A DNA stretch of 63,575 nt from the NCBI GenBank assembly GCA_002700845.1, contig PAFA01000062.1, positions 1 to 63,575 on the forward strand. The letters run 5' to 3'. The notes below the pieces were generated by a model. The model was not told the origin of the DNA. It was given only the letters and a program-made list of their open reading frames with translations, and did not search any database. Source of the stretch: Phycisphaerae bacterium (GTDB lineage Bacteria > Planctomycetota > Phycisphaerae > Phycisphaerales > SM1A02). Shown here piece after piece: positions 41,553 to 50,322 of this stretch (its first letter is position 1; each line of letters starts with the position of its first letter). A program made the position numbers and the translations under genes.

Positions 41553-42901
41553 AGTTGAATGGATCCTTCCTTATTGCCTTGTCGGGTGTAAACCGGGGCT
41601 TCGCCCAATCGCCCAAACATGATGTGTTGCAATTCAAACCCACGTTGTTCAAGGGTTTGTTCAGCGCCCGTCGCGGCGTTGGGATACATCAGCATCACGA
41701 CTTCCGGCTGGGCGTTGTCGAGGTCGGCCACAAAATTCCAATCCGATAAGCCACAGAGGCTGAATTGCACTGGTCGATCTCCGGCGTACACGCCAGCAAC
41801 CTCGCCGCGGAGTCCAACCACCAACGGGGGTTTGTCTGTACGTTCAAGCGTCCAAAGCATGGCTTCTTGAATAGGTTGTTTGTCGACGAGAATGATCAGG
41901 CCAAGGGGTATGACTTGCAAGGCAACCACCATGATGCGTCCGGCGGTCGGAGCCAAGGACAGTGATTGAGCCAGGGCCACCAAAACGGCGGGTAGGGCAA
42001 AAAGTCCAAATCGCGTGTACGCCCATGATCCACAGCACACGACCATGACCCAGAGGATCAACAGCCCAAGAATGGGGCCCAAAACCACGCGTCGTACCTC
42101 CCGAGAACATCGCAAGAGGCCATGGGCCGTGAAGGGGATCAACATCCAGCCAAAAGCAACTTGCCCACCAAGAATGCGAAGGAGGCCAAAGCCGCCCTGA
42201 GGTGTTCCGGCCGTGCTGGTCACTTGATCACGGGTCAGCCAGAGCCCCTCGATCACCGGCCAGAACAGAGGTGCGGACAAGATGGCGGCAAGGGCTGAGC
42301 CCAGCAGAAGCCGCCAGGGATATCGTCCAGTAAGACCAATTGCCGTGTGGCCAATCGAAAGAAATGCTGTGGTGAGGTGGGTGCCTACTCCGACAGCTTG
42401 CGTCATGGCAAAAGAAAGAAGGTTGCCGCTCCGAAGACGCCCTTCGGTGTGCAAACGATCTGCCAGTGGCAGACTGATAGCGCCAGCCAACATCATGAAG
42501 GCATAGCCACGTGCTTCGGTGGAGTACTCCAGAAGCATGGGGTTTGTGAAGGCCAGCAGCCCGGTGAGGCGGCCCACGGATGAACCGAGTCGATTCCCGG
42601 CCCATCGCCACAAGATCGCCGCGGTGGCGGCTCCAGCGACGATGCAGGGCAGCCGAAGTGCCAGTTCGCCGCCCAAGAAGCCAAACCACGTGAAGGAAAT
42701 TCTGGAGGCAAATGTTTGAAGGGGGTGGTTGGCCGGATCAAACCAATGGGTAAGACACCACCAGGCGCTACGGCCTTCGGCAGGCGAGCCATAGTCACGC
42801 CACGCCGCAATTTCGTCGTACCACAACCCTCGGGTGCCCAGGGTGAGGGCCACAATCATCCAAGCCGCGCCAAGCAGCAGCATGAGCCTTCGCGAAGTCA
42901 T
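41534..42901 (-). CDS. GT-C fold membrane glycosyltransferase (PMT/ArnT, GT39/83-like)
   Basis: GLWYDE, NHPL, ELALRLP, YSTEARGYA; multiple TM helices. Confidence 0.8.
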   Translation of the reverse strand: MTSRRLMLLLGAAWMIVALTLGTRGLWYDEIAAWRDYGSPAEGRSAWWCLTHWFDPANHPLQTFASRISFTWFGFLGGELALRLPCIVAGAATAAILWRWAGNRLGSSVGRLTGLLAFTNPMLLEYSTEARGYAFMMLAGAISLPLADRLHTEGRLRSGNLLSFAMTQAVGVGTHLTTAFLSIGHTAIGLTGRYPWRLLLGSALAAILSAPLFWPVIEGLWLTRDQVTSTAGTPQGGFGLLRILGGQVAFGWMLIPFTAHGLLRCSREVRRVVLGPILGLLILWVMVVCCGSWAYTRFGLFALPAVLVALAQSLSLAPTAGRIMVVALQVIPLGLIILVDKQPIQEAMLWTLERTDKPPLVVGLRGEVAGVYAGDRPVQFSLCGLSDWNFVADLDNAQPEVVMLMYPNAATGAEQTLEQRGFELQHIMFGRLGEAPVYTRQGNKEGSIQLWTRLN

Positions 42902-42958
42902 GGCTGATGATGGTACCGGTCGGGGGCAGATTGACGCGGCGCGGCGTACGCTGCGGTC

Positions 42959-43834
42959 ATGCTTGAGATTCAATGGACCGATACGCGGGACGCCGAAGCG
43001 GTTCAGCATTCCTTGCGAGAAGCCACACAGGTGCTGCATGATCGTCCGTGTCGACAGGGTTCGATTGATGTCCTTCCAGCCCAAGGCCGACTTTTGGTGA
43101 GCGGAGACCTGCATGACAACCCGTTCCATTTTGAAGCGCTGCTGCGGATGGCTCAACTGGAAGAAGGATCAGACCGGCACTTGATCTTGCACGAGCTTAT
43201 TCATGGTGAACATCTCATGAACGGGATGGATTTTTCATATCGCATGTTGCTCAAGACCGCCGATCTCGTTTGTGCGCACCCGGGTGTGCATCCGATGCTG
43301 GCCAATCATGAAATTGCCCAGTTGATGAAGACTCGGGTCACCAAAGGCCACGGTGAATGCGTGTCTCTTTTTCGAGACGCCCTGGAGTTCACATTCGGAG
43401 ATCAATGGGAAGCGGTAGAGCTGGCCTTGGATGAATTCATTGCCGCCATGGCCCTTGGGGTGCGAGCAGCCAATGGTGTTTGGTGCTCACATTCTCTTCC
43501 TGGTCGTGCGGTCATGCGCTCATTTGACCCAGAGATCATCCATCGCAGGCTTGTGCCTTCAGATTTTGAGAAGCCAGTAGGCGGTGCGTATTTGATGACT
43601 TGGGGCCGGGTCTTTGAGGAAGCGGATATTGATCGACTTGCAGAAGAATGGTCGGTCCGCTTGTTTTGCTTGGGCCACCGCAAAGTACCGACGGGTGTGG
43701 AGTCTGATGGCAATCGATTGGTGCTGGTCAATTCAGATCATGAAGGCGCCCGAGCGTTTTCACTTGAACTGGATCAGCCGCCGCCTTCTCCCGAGTCTTG
43801 TGTGATGAGATCACGGCCTTTGAATTCTGTTTAG
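42959..43834 (+). CDS. calcineurin-like metallophosphoesterase
   Basis: SGDLH, HELIH, LANHE, SHS and LGH motifs. Confidence 0.75.
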   Translation: MLEIQWTDTRDAEAVQHSLREATQVLHDRPCRQGSIDVLPAQGRLLVSGDLHDNPFHFEALLRMAQLEEGSDRHLILHELIHGEHLMNGMDFSYRMLLKTADLVCAHPGVHPMLANHEIAQLMKTRVTKGHGECVSLFRDALEFTFGDQWEAVELALDEFIAAMALGVRAANGVWCSHSLPGRAVMRSFDPEIIHRRLVPSDFEKPVGGAYLMTWGRVFEEADIDRLAEEWSVRLFCLGHRKVPTGVESDGNRLVLVNSDHEGARAFSLELDQPPPSPESCVMRSRPLNSV

Positions 43835-44823
43835 TTCGGATCCTCAGACTGTTGTGGTGGGATCGAAGGGGAGGATTGATCGGTCGTACCTGATGCTCGT
43901 GTTCGTTCCGGAAGCTTGGCTTCCCAAGTGCCGCTTCCAGGAATCTCAGTTCGACCATCCCCAAACCGAGCTGCTCGCCGGCCTTGCCCGTCGGTCTTGG
44001 TCATCGAAGCGGGGCCAACCGCGCGAGCCGGGCGGAAGGGATATCCCCCGACACGTCGATGGATAAAGTCTGGCCCTTTGATGAGCAGGTTCCCTTCGTG
44101 ATACCGAATGGATGCCCAGTCACCCCCGTTGCGAGACCAGCCTTCGGATTCCACCAATTCCACAATCAATTCGATGAGTTGTTCCGCTTTCTCTGCGGCC
44201 GAAGACAATCCCGGGTCTTCTGAACCACCACCAAAAAGAGATTGTGAGCCATTTCCGCCGCCGCCCTGTTGGCTTCCTTGTGCGAGGGCCGTGCCAAGGT
44301 CGAGTCTTGGGCCATTGTCAAAATTTGGAACGTCAGCGATGAGGTCCAGAATGGGATACCGCTTGAGCCTCTGCGCCCCTTTCCTGGCCAACCGTTCTTT
44401 GGTAGAGACCTCGACCCGGCCAGCCCGAAGTTGCCAGTCACACGACTCCCCGAGGTTGTCTTCGCATTGCTCAAGCATGATTTCAAGCACGGTTAATGCG
44501 GGCATCCCTCGAACATCCAGGGTGATTTCTACGTTGGGGTCTATTCCGGGTTGGCCTTTCTCGTCGTTTAAGAGTCGGAGGGGTGCGCCCGTCGCGCCAG
44601 CCAGCCAAGCAATGGCATCTTCAATTGGAGCACCCTCCATTCGGACCTGACAGTCCGTGTAGAGCAATCGTCCAAGATGGGCTGCACTTCCGGCAGAGCG
44701 GTCACGTTCGAGCTGCTCCTGGACTTGCTGAATCCTGCCGCTGAGGTTTTGGGCTGCGGCGGGAATGGTCGTCAATGTGATGCTGGATAGGACCAGCAAC
44801 CGCAATGGGAAATGCTTTGGCAT
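43831..44823 (-). CDS. secreted protein with STN/N0-like and secretin N-domain-like regions, no secretin barrel
   Basis: Signal peptide (…TIPAAAQ); GIDPNVEITLDVRGMPALTVLE; RYPILDL…LIELI…EGW…GG…SI…NLLIKGP…IH. Confidence 0.6.
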   Translation of the reverse strand: MPKHFPLRLLVLSSITLTTIPAAAQNLSGRIQQVQEQLERDRSAGSAAHLGRLLYTDCQVRMEGAPIEDAIAWLAGATGAPLRLLNDEKGQPGIDPNVEITLDVRGMPALTVLEIMLEQCEDNLGESCDWQLRAGRVEVSTKERLARKGAQRLKRYPILDLIADVPNFDNGPRLDLGTALAQGSQQGGGGNGSQSLFGGGSEDPGLSSAAEKAEQLIELIVELVESEGWSRNGGDWASIRYHEGNLLIKGPDFIHRRVGGYPFRPARAVGPASMTKTDGQGRRAARFGDGRTEIPGSGTWEAKLPERTRASGTTDQSSPSIPPQQSEDPN

Positions 44824-45138
44824 GCCCACAGTGTCCCGTGAAAGAGGGACGGATGGGGAGAAAATGACCAGAAAGGCAGCGCTGCGGCAGCGCTGCCCCG
44901 AGGCAACGCGTTGGTGCAGCCGACAGGCATGGCCCCATAAAAGGCACCCTTTAAGACCTCCTTGGTCCTGGCGCAGGATCGGCGCGGGTTTTGCCACCTC
45001 TAGAGACACAGCTCACAGAGGACCAAGCCATGAACATGTTGTATCGATTGACTGCTGCCACTCCCCACCGAAAGCGAATGGGCTTGTTCACCGTGGCAGC
45101 ATTTGTTTGCCTTTGCTGAGTTGCTCACAGGACCGCGC

Positions 45139-45165
45139 AAAAAAAAGCCCCCTCTGGGAGGGGGC
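45139..45165 (-). terminator. Rho-independent terminator of rpsA
   Basis: Minus strand GCCCCCTC-CCA-GAGGGGGC followed by T8. Confidence 0.88.
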
Positions 45166-45212
45166 GAAGGGTGTTCACAGATTTTGAGAATGGGTGCTTC
45201 GAACCGTAAGGT

Positions 45213-46997
45213 TCAGAGTTCGATCTTGTCGGAGCCCATGGCGCCGTGATCGTCCATACCGCCTTTGGAGGGGCGAGCAAATTCGTCGAATTCGCTGGCG
45301 CCGCCACCGGTGGGGCCACTGCCGTCGTAGGCGGTGGTGTCGTTGTCGCCCCATTGGGCACGCTTGAGGGAGAGGCCAATCTTCCGCTCGTCGGTATCGA
45401 CTCGCAAGATCTTGACTTCCACCGACTCGCCACTCTTGACGACGTCTTGAGGATTCTCCACCTTGTGATCCGCCAATTCGGAGATGTGGAGCAAGCCTTC
45501 CAGACCATCTTCCAGGCTGACGAAGACACCGAAGTTGGTGATCTTGGTGACTTCGCCCTGAACCACCATGCCAGGCTGGTAGTTCTCGGGAATAGCGTTG
45601 AGCCATGGATCTTCGGTGAGTTGCTTCACGCCGAGACCGACACGCTGCTTGTCCCGATCGATTTCGAGCACCACGCATTGGACGGTGTCGCCCTTCTGGT
45701 ACTTCTCGTTCGGGTGGGCGACTTTTTCGGTCCATGACATGTCGGAGACGTGAAGCAAGCCGTCGATGCCAGGTTCAATTTCAACAAACGCACCATAGTT
45801 GGCGATGTTGCGAATTTGCCCGACGATAACGGTGCCCACGGGGTACTTCTCGCTGACGAGTTCCCATGGGTTGACTTCGGTCTGCTTGATGCCGAGTGAG
45901 ATCTCACGCTTCTCATGATCGACCTCGAGGATGACAACTTCGACCTCTTGATCCACTTCCACCACTTCGGATGGATGATTCACGCGACGTGTCCATGACA
46001 TTTCGGAGACGTGCACCAAGCCTTCGAGGCCTTCGTCGAGTTGGACGAACGCACCGTAGGTCACGAGGTTCACGACCTTGCCCTTCACGCGGCTGTTGAC
46101 CGGGAAGCGTTCGTCGAGGTTTTCCCAAGGGGAATTTTCGAGTTGCTTGAGTCCGAGGGCGATTTTTTCTTTCTCGCGATCGATCTTGAGGATCATCACT
46201 TCGACTTCTTGACTGTGCTTCAGCATTTCGCTGGGGTGATTGATCCGGCCCCATGACATATCAGTGATGTGGAGCAAGCCATCGACGCCGCCGAGGTCGA
46301 TGAACGCACCGAAGTCGGCGATATTCGTAACCGTTCCGGTGACCGTTTGGCCTTCGTCGATTTTTGCCAGGATGGTGTCGCGTGCTTCGGCACGTTCTTT
46401 TTCTTGGAGCTTCCGACGACTGATCACGATGTTTCGTCGCTCTTCATCAATCTTCAGGATGACAGCACGAATGGTTCGGCCGACAAAATCCCCCAAGTCG
46501 GTTTGGCGACGGATGTCCACTTGCGACGCAGGCATGAAGACGGGTACGCCAATGTCGACCAACAGGCCGCCTTTGATCTTGCGAACGCCAAGGCCTTCGA
46601 TTTCGTCGCCTTCGTTGTGGTCTTGAAGAATCTTTTCCCAACCGCGAATTCGGTCAGCTTTGCGCTTCGAGACCGTGACTTCACCGCTCAGGTCATCGAT
46701 TCCTTCAAAGAGCACTTCAATTTCATCGCCGGTAGCGATCTCATCCCAATTTTCGAACTCGCTTCGGTGGACCCGACCTTCACTCTTGAGGCCAAGTTCG
46801 ATGATGACGTCATCACCAGCTTTGCCCACAACGGTGCCAGATACGAGTTCTCCAGGAGCGGCGGTGTTGGACACGTCGCTATCAAGAACGGTATCCATCA
46901 CATTGTCTTGTTTGGCAGCGCCAAAGGCTTCTGAGAGTTGCTTTTCGACATCGGCATCAACGTTGCCGATGGAGGCGATTAGGTTGTAATCGATCAT
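45213..46997 (-). CDS. rpsA: 30S ribosomal protein S1
   Basis: Six S1 repeats (FGAFIDLGGVDGLLHITDMSW, YGAFV..GLVHVSEMSW etc.). Confidence 0.97.
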   Translation of the reverse strand: MIDYNLIASIGNVDADVEKQLSEAFGAAKQDNVMDTVLDSDVSNTAAPGELVSGTVVGKAGDDVIIELGLKSEGRVHRSEFENWDEIATGDEIEVLFEGIDDLSGEVTVSKRKADRIRGWEKILQDHNEGDEIEGLGVRKIKGGLLVDIGVPVFMPASQVDIRRQTDLGDFVGRTIRAVILKIDEERRNIVISRRKLQEKERAEARDTILAKIDEGQTVTGTVTNIADFGAFIDLGGVDGLLHITDMSWGRINHPSEMLKHSQEVEVMILKIDREKEKIALGLKQLENSPWENLDERFPVNSRVKGKVVNLVTYGAFVQLDEGLEGLVHVSEMSWTRRVNHPSEVVEVDQEVEVVILEVDHEKREISLGIKQTEVNPWELVSEKYPVGTVIVGQIRNIANYGAFVEIEPGIDGLLHVSDMSWTEKVAHPNEKYQKGDTVQCVVLEIDRDKQRVGLGVKQLTEDPWLNAIPENYQPGMVVQGEVTKITNFGVFVSLEDGLEGLLHISELADHKVENPQDVVKSGESVEVKILRVDTDERKIGLSLKRAQWGDNDTTAYDGSGPTGGGASEFDEFARPSKGGMDDHGAMGSDKIEL

Positions 46998-47176
46998 TGT
47001 GTTGACCTTCCATCACACTGATGGAAGATGCGTCCTGTGATCCTCGGCGCGGGATCAATTTTTTGAAAATTGATGTCCTGGAACACCCAGACCATCTTTC
47101 CCCCCGGTCGCCGGAAAAGGGGGATCGAATACTTTAACTGTGGCCGGCAAAATCCGCGAGTAAATCGGGTGAATTC

Positions 47177-48496
47177 TCAGCTTTCACCTTCACCACGACG
47201 CCCAGTGGTGGTTCCAGCATCCAACTGGACTGAGCGGCGGAACATCAGCATGCCCACAAAGGAAAGGGCCACGCACAGGGCAAAGGCCAACCCTCCGGTA
47301 CCGGGTTGGGCGACCTCGGCTGTGCGGTAGGCCACTGCCCCAATACCGGGTGCAATCAGCCCACGAACCCCGGTCAGCGTGACGTGTACCCCCATATATC
47401 GACCAGCTTGGCCAGGAGGGGCATAATCAAGATGGCCCAAAGTCCAGCCAATAGAGCCACCAGCCATTGCGATGGCTCGGATCGCGATGGCGAGGTACAG
47501 CATCCAGAGTGTCCCGGTAAGTGAGGCAGTCAGAAGCAGAACATTCGCGCCAACGAAAAACCATCCGTGCACCAAGCGATAACGCAGGATATGAACTTGG
47601 TCAAAAAACTTTGCCCACTTTGGCACCGCGAAGGGAAGGACCAGCATCGGCAAAGTAGAGCCCAGGAGAATTCCTCCGAGGTAACCCTGATCAAATCGTT
47701 CCCGAATCACTTGAATGATGATGGGCATCGCCATCAGGTTGCCGCTGCCAAAGACAAACATCGCGCCCATGTACCGGCTGAACCCCACATCCATTTTCAG
47801 GATGGAAATTGCGTCTCGCCATGGCCGAGGTCTCTGGCGGCGTTCAGCTCTTTCTTGAGCGAGCAGTTTTGGTTCTGCCGGGACCGGAATCCTTCGGTAG
47901 AGCAATGAGCCCAGAAATAATGCCACCGCGCCAACCAGCAGAATCCCTCTGAAGTTTCGGTGATCGCTTTCCAAAAAAGTGCCCGAGGTTGCCCCTGCTG
48001 CTGCCAAGGTCAGCGCGGTGATGATGGACATCCATCCGGCGTATCGGCCTCGCTCTTTTGCCGGATACATCGATCGCCAGAGGGTGCTTCGAATGGTGAT
48101 CATGCCGCCCCAGCACAGACGCGCGCCAGCGCATCCAAGCACAAAAAACAACAAGCCCCAGCTGGTGTACGGCACAAAGGCGGCTGGGATCATCGCCATT
48201 GCGGCCCACCGAAGTTGTCGAGCAATGGCATCTCGTTTGGGTTTGCCTTGCGCGGATTCTGCCCACCATAGGCTGGCGAGATTGGTCCAAGCTGGGGCAC
48301 CCGAGAGCACGGCAACGGCCGCGTCAAGAAGCGCGGTTGGAACAATGGACTCCCATGCAATACGAGCAAAGACGGTCGCAACATTGCCGTCAACGGGGGA
48401 GATCCCTACCACTGCGGTGGCGGTGGCCGTCCGTTCAGCACGAAAAGATTCTCTAGGTGTTGCTGCTTTGGGTTCGTTGGTGATGCGTTCAGTCAT
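47177..48496 (-). CDS. MFS-type membrane transporter
   Basis: About 12 hydrophobic segments; YPAKERGRYAG and APPGQAGRYMG loop motifs. Confidence 0.75.
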   Translation of the reverse strand: MTERITNEPKAATPRESFRAERTATATAVVGISPVDGNVATVFARIAWESIVPTALLDAAVAVLSGAPAWTNLASLWWAESAQGKPKRDAIARQLRWAAMAMIPAAFVPYTSWGLLFFVLGCAGARLCWGGMITIRSTLWRSMYPAKERGRYAGWMSIITALTLAAAGATSGTFLESDHRNFRGILLVGAVALFLGSLLYRRIPVPAEPKLLAQERAERRQRPRPWRDAISILKMDVGFSRYMGAMFVFGSGNLMAMPIIIQVIRERFDQGYLGGILLGSTLPMLVLPFAVPKWAKFFDQVHILRYRLVHGWFFVGANVLLLTASLTGTLWMLYLAIAIRAIAMAGGSIGWTLGHLDYAPPGQAGRYMGVHVTLTGVRGLIAPGIGAVAYRTAEVAQPGTGGLAFALCVALSFVGMLMFRRSVQLDAGTTTGRRGEGES

Positions 48497-48520
48497 AAAA
48501 AAACCCCGGCGTGGCCGGGG
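48497..48520 (-). terminator. Rho-independent terminator downstream of the small lipoprotein gene
   Basis: Minus strand CCCCGGC-CAC-GCCGGGG followed by T7. Confidence 0.8.
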
Positions 48521-48602
48521 TACAAGTTCAAATTTGCAGCCAAGGTTTTTGGCTTAGGTTTGGATCAAGCCACCGACGGCTGGTTTGATCCTAGGAGCCA
48601 AA

Positions 48603-48872
48603 TTAGCGAGGCATCCCAGAGGTGTACGTGATCGGGAATGGGCTCAAGCGGCTGGGATGATCCCGAAGCCAAAAGCGACGAACGTCACCATTGAGCATCC
48701 GCTCTTGGATGTTGTCCATCACCAATTCGTTTCGCATGATGTCAATGTCACGCTGCGATTCGTTGATCAACTCAGGAGTTGGGTTCGCGGCGATTGAGGA
48801 ATAGTCGGTCCCAACGGAGGCACAAGCACCGAGGGGAAGGGACGCGAACAAGACAAAAGCAGAAAGACGCAT
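48603..48872 (-). CDS. small lipoprotein, hypothetical (89 aa)
   Basis: GGAGA RBS, lipobox LGAC, own terminator. Confidence 0.75.
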   Translation of the reverse strand: MRLSAFVLFASLPLGACASVGTDYSSIAANPTPELINESQRDIDIMRNELVMDNIQERMLNGDVRRFWLRDHPSRLSPFPITYTSGMPR

Positions 48873-49030
48873 GGTGAATCTCCATCCCCGCAAGTCGCTG
48901 GGATAGCGTTTGATACCCGGAATCAAGGGTCAACGTCAAGCCTTAAGGCCAAATCGCCCGCTCTGAGGGCAAGAAAAAGTCTCATCTGCTGGCTTGAATA
49001 CAGTCTGAGGCTAGGATTTCCACTCGAAGT

Positions 49031-49204
49031 TCAATCTTTGGGCACGACCGGGTCACGTGTGCTCGACCTTTGTTCGTTGCCTTGGGATCGCTCACCGCGG
49101 CGATGGCCAGGCCTCCACCGAGTGGAAGGCCGGGACCGACGGGACGCGATCCCCCCTCTTTCTGAGGGTTCGGGCAGCCTCACCCGGTCGTGTCCAAAGA
49201 TTGA
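49031..49204 (+). ncRNA. ssrS: probable 6S RNA
   Basis: 174-nt rod: 23-bp closing stem (TCAATCTTTGGGCACGACCGGGT / ACCCGGTCGTGTCCAAAGATTGA), CTCGACC/GGTTCGGG, central pyrimidine-rich bubble, GGGATCGC/GCGATCCC, terminal GGCCTCCAC/GTGGAAGGCC hairpin. G-U pairs favour the + strand; TAGGAT -10-like box at 49012. Confidence 0.78.
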
Positions 49205-49222
49205 TGAATTGTGGGTCGGGAC

Positions 49223-50230
49223 TTATCTGGCCGCCGCAGCCCGCAGGCCATCAGCATCCCCTGCATCCCAAAGAGCGCCTAGAGACACGCCGCGTGTGCC
49301 AAGGAACGGCAGTACCTGATCAACTCGGCCCAGATGGGCCCTTAGTCGAGCCTTGAGCGTGCTGTCCTGATTGAGATGGTCAGCAGCCTTTGCGTGGAAC
49401 GCAAGCAATGCTGGAGCGAGCGTTTGTGCAGCGGCCTCTCTGGCCTCTCTGGTGTCTCGATTGGCTGGATTCAGCAGCACCGAACGCAACGCAACAGTGG
49501 CCGACTCCATGCAAAGAAGATCTTCCATCGAGAGCGAGTCCCGCTCCGCGAGTGCTTTCAAGGCATCGGACCAACGCCGAGCAATATCAGCATTTTCGCC
49601 TCCGCCAAGCTCAACAAACCCTTGCATCACGTGACGTTTGGCGTCTGAGGAAACACGCGAAGCGATGCGGCTGAGCATGCGGGCCAAATCAATTCGGCTC
49701 CGATCGGCCAGATCAAGAGCGACGGCCTTGGTGATGCCTTGGCCGAGGGTTCGGCACATGGCCAGTGCTTTCCAAGGAGAGCTGTCGCTCTCGAGGTTGG
49801 TGATTCGTTCAGCTAAATCCATCAGGCAGTTGGTACTGCCGGTGGAGGCCAGCGTGGAGAACGCAATCATCTGCTGCTGGGGGGTGCGACGGTCGTCGTC
49901 GTAGTTTCCAAAAGACTCAAGGAGTCGGGCCCCATAGGCACGTGAGAATGCGGGAGTGAACCCGTCGGAAAGTGGGACCAAGAGGTCTTTTCGGACGGCT
50001 TCAAGATTTGCTTCGTTGGGATTTGAGGAAGCAAGTGATTTGCCCGCTGCTTCGGCAAATCGAGAGATTGTTGATTCTTGGCCAGCGCCCAAAGTGCTGT
50101 TGTTTGCCAATGCTCGAACGGTGGACACGCCGGGCAATCCATCGGCGGCGAAGGCCGGATTGACCGTGGCCAAAACCACAAGAGCTGGGATCAATATGTT
50201 GGACAAGAGTTGGTACTGGGCGATACGCAT
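49223..50230 (-). CDS. secreted all-alpha (HEAT-like) hypothetical protein
   Basis: Signal peptide ending PAFAA; Ala/Leu-rich helical sequence; GAGGAG RBS. Confidence 0.65.
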   Translation of the reverse strand: MRIAQYQLLSNILIPALVVLATVNPAFAADGLPGVSTVRALANNSTLGAGQESTISRFAEAAGKSLASSNPNEANLEAVRKDLLVPLSDGFTPAFSRAYGARLLESFGNYDDDRRTPQQQMIAFSTLASTGSTNCLMDLAERITNLESDSSPWKALAMCRTLGQGITKAVALDLADRSRIDLARMLSRIASRVSSDAKRHVMQGFVELGGGENADIARRWSDALKALAERDSLSMEDLLCMESATVALRSVLLNPANRDTREAREAAAQTLAPALLAFHAKAADHLNQDSTLKARLRAHLGRVDQVLPFLGTRGVSLGALWDAGDADGLRAAAAR

Positions 50231-50322
50231 GCGAACTCCTCGGGGTGGTTCCCCCGGAATGAACAGAACACCGTACCCCGCGATTCGCCGAAGCGTCAAT
50301 ATTCCAGCGATACACTCCCAAA

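Noticed and set aside
42902-43156. 5' extensions in the ORF track for the GT-C gene (and likewise trmB, pyrE, 49223..50452, 39416..39982, 14980..16656)
   Set aside because: They overlap neighbouring genuine genes; downstream starts give normal domain boundaries.
45031-45120. 29-aa + strand ORF MNMLYRLTAATPHRKRMGLFTVAAFVCLC
   Set aside because: Very short, with no recognisable motif, and it overlaps inverted repeats better explained as RNA structure.
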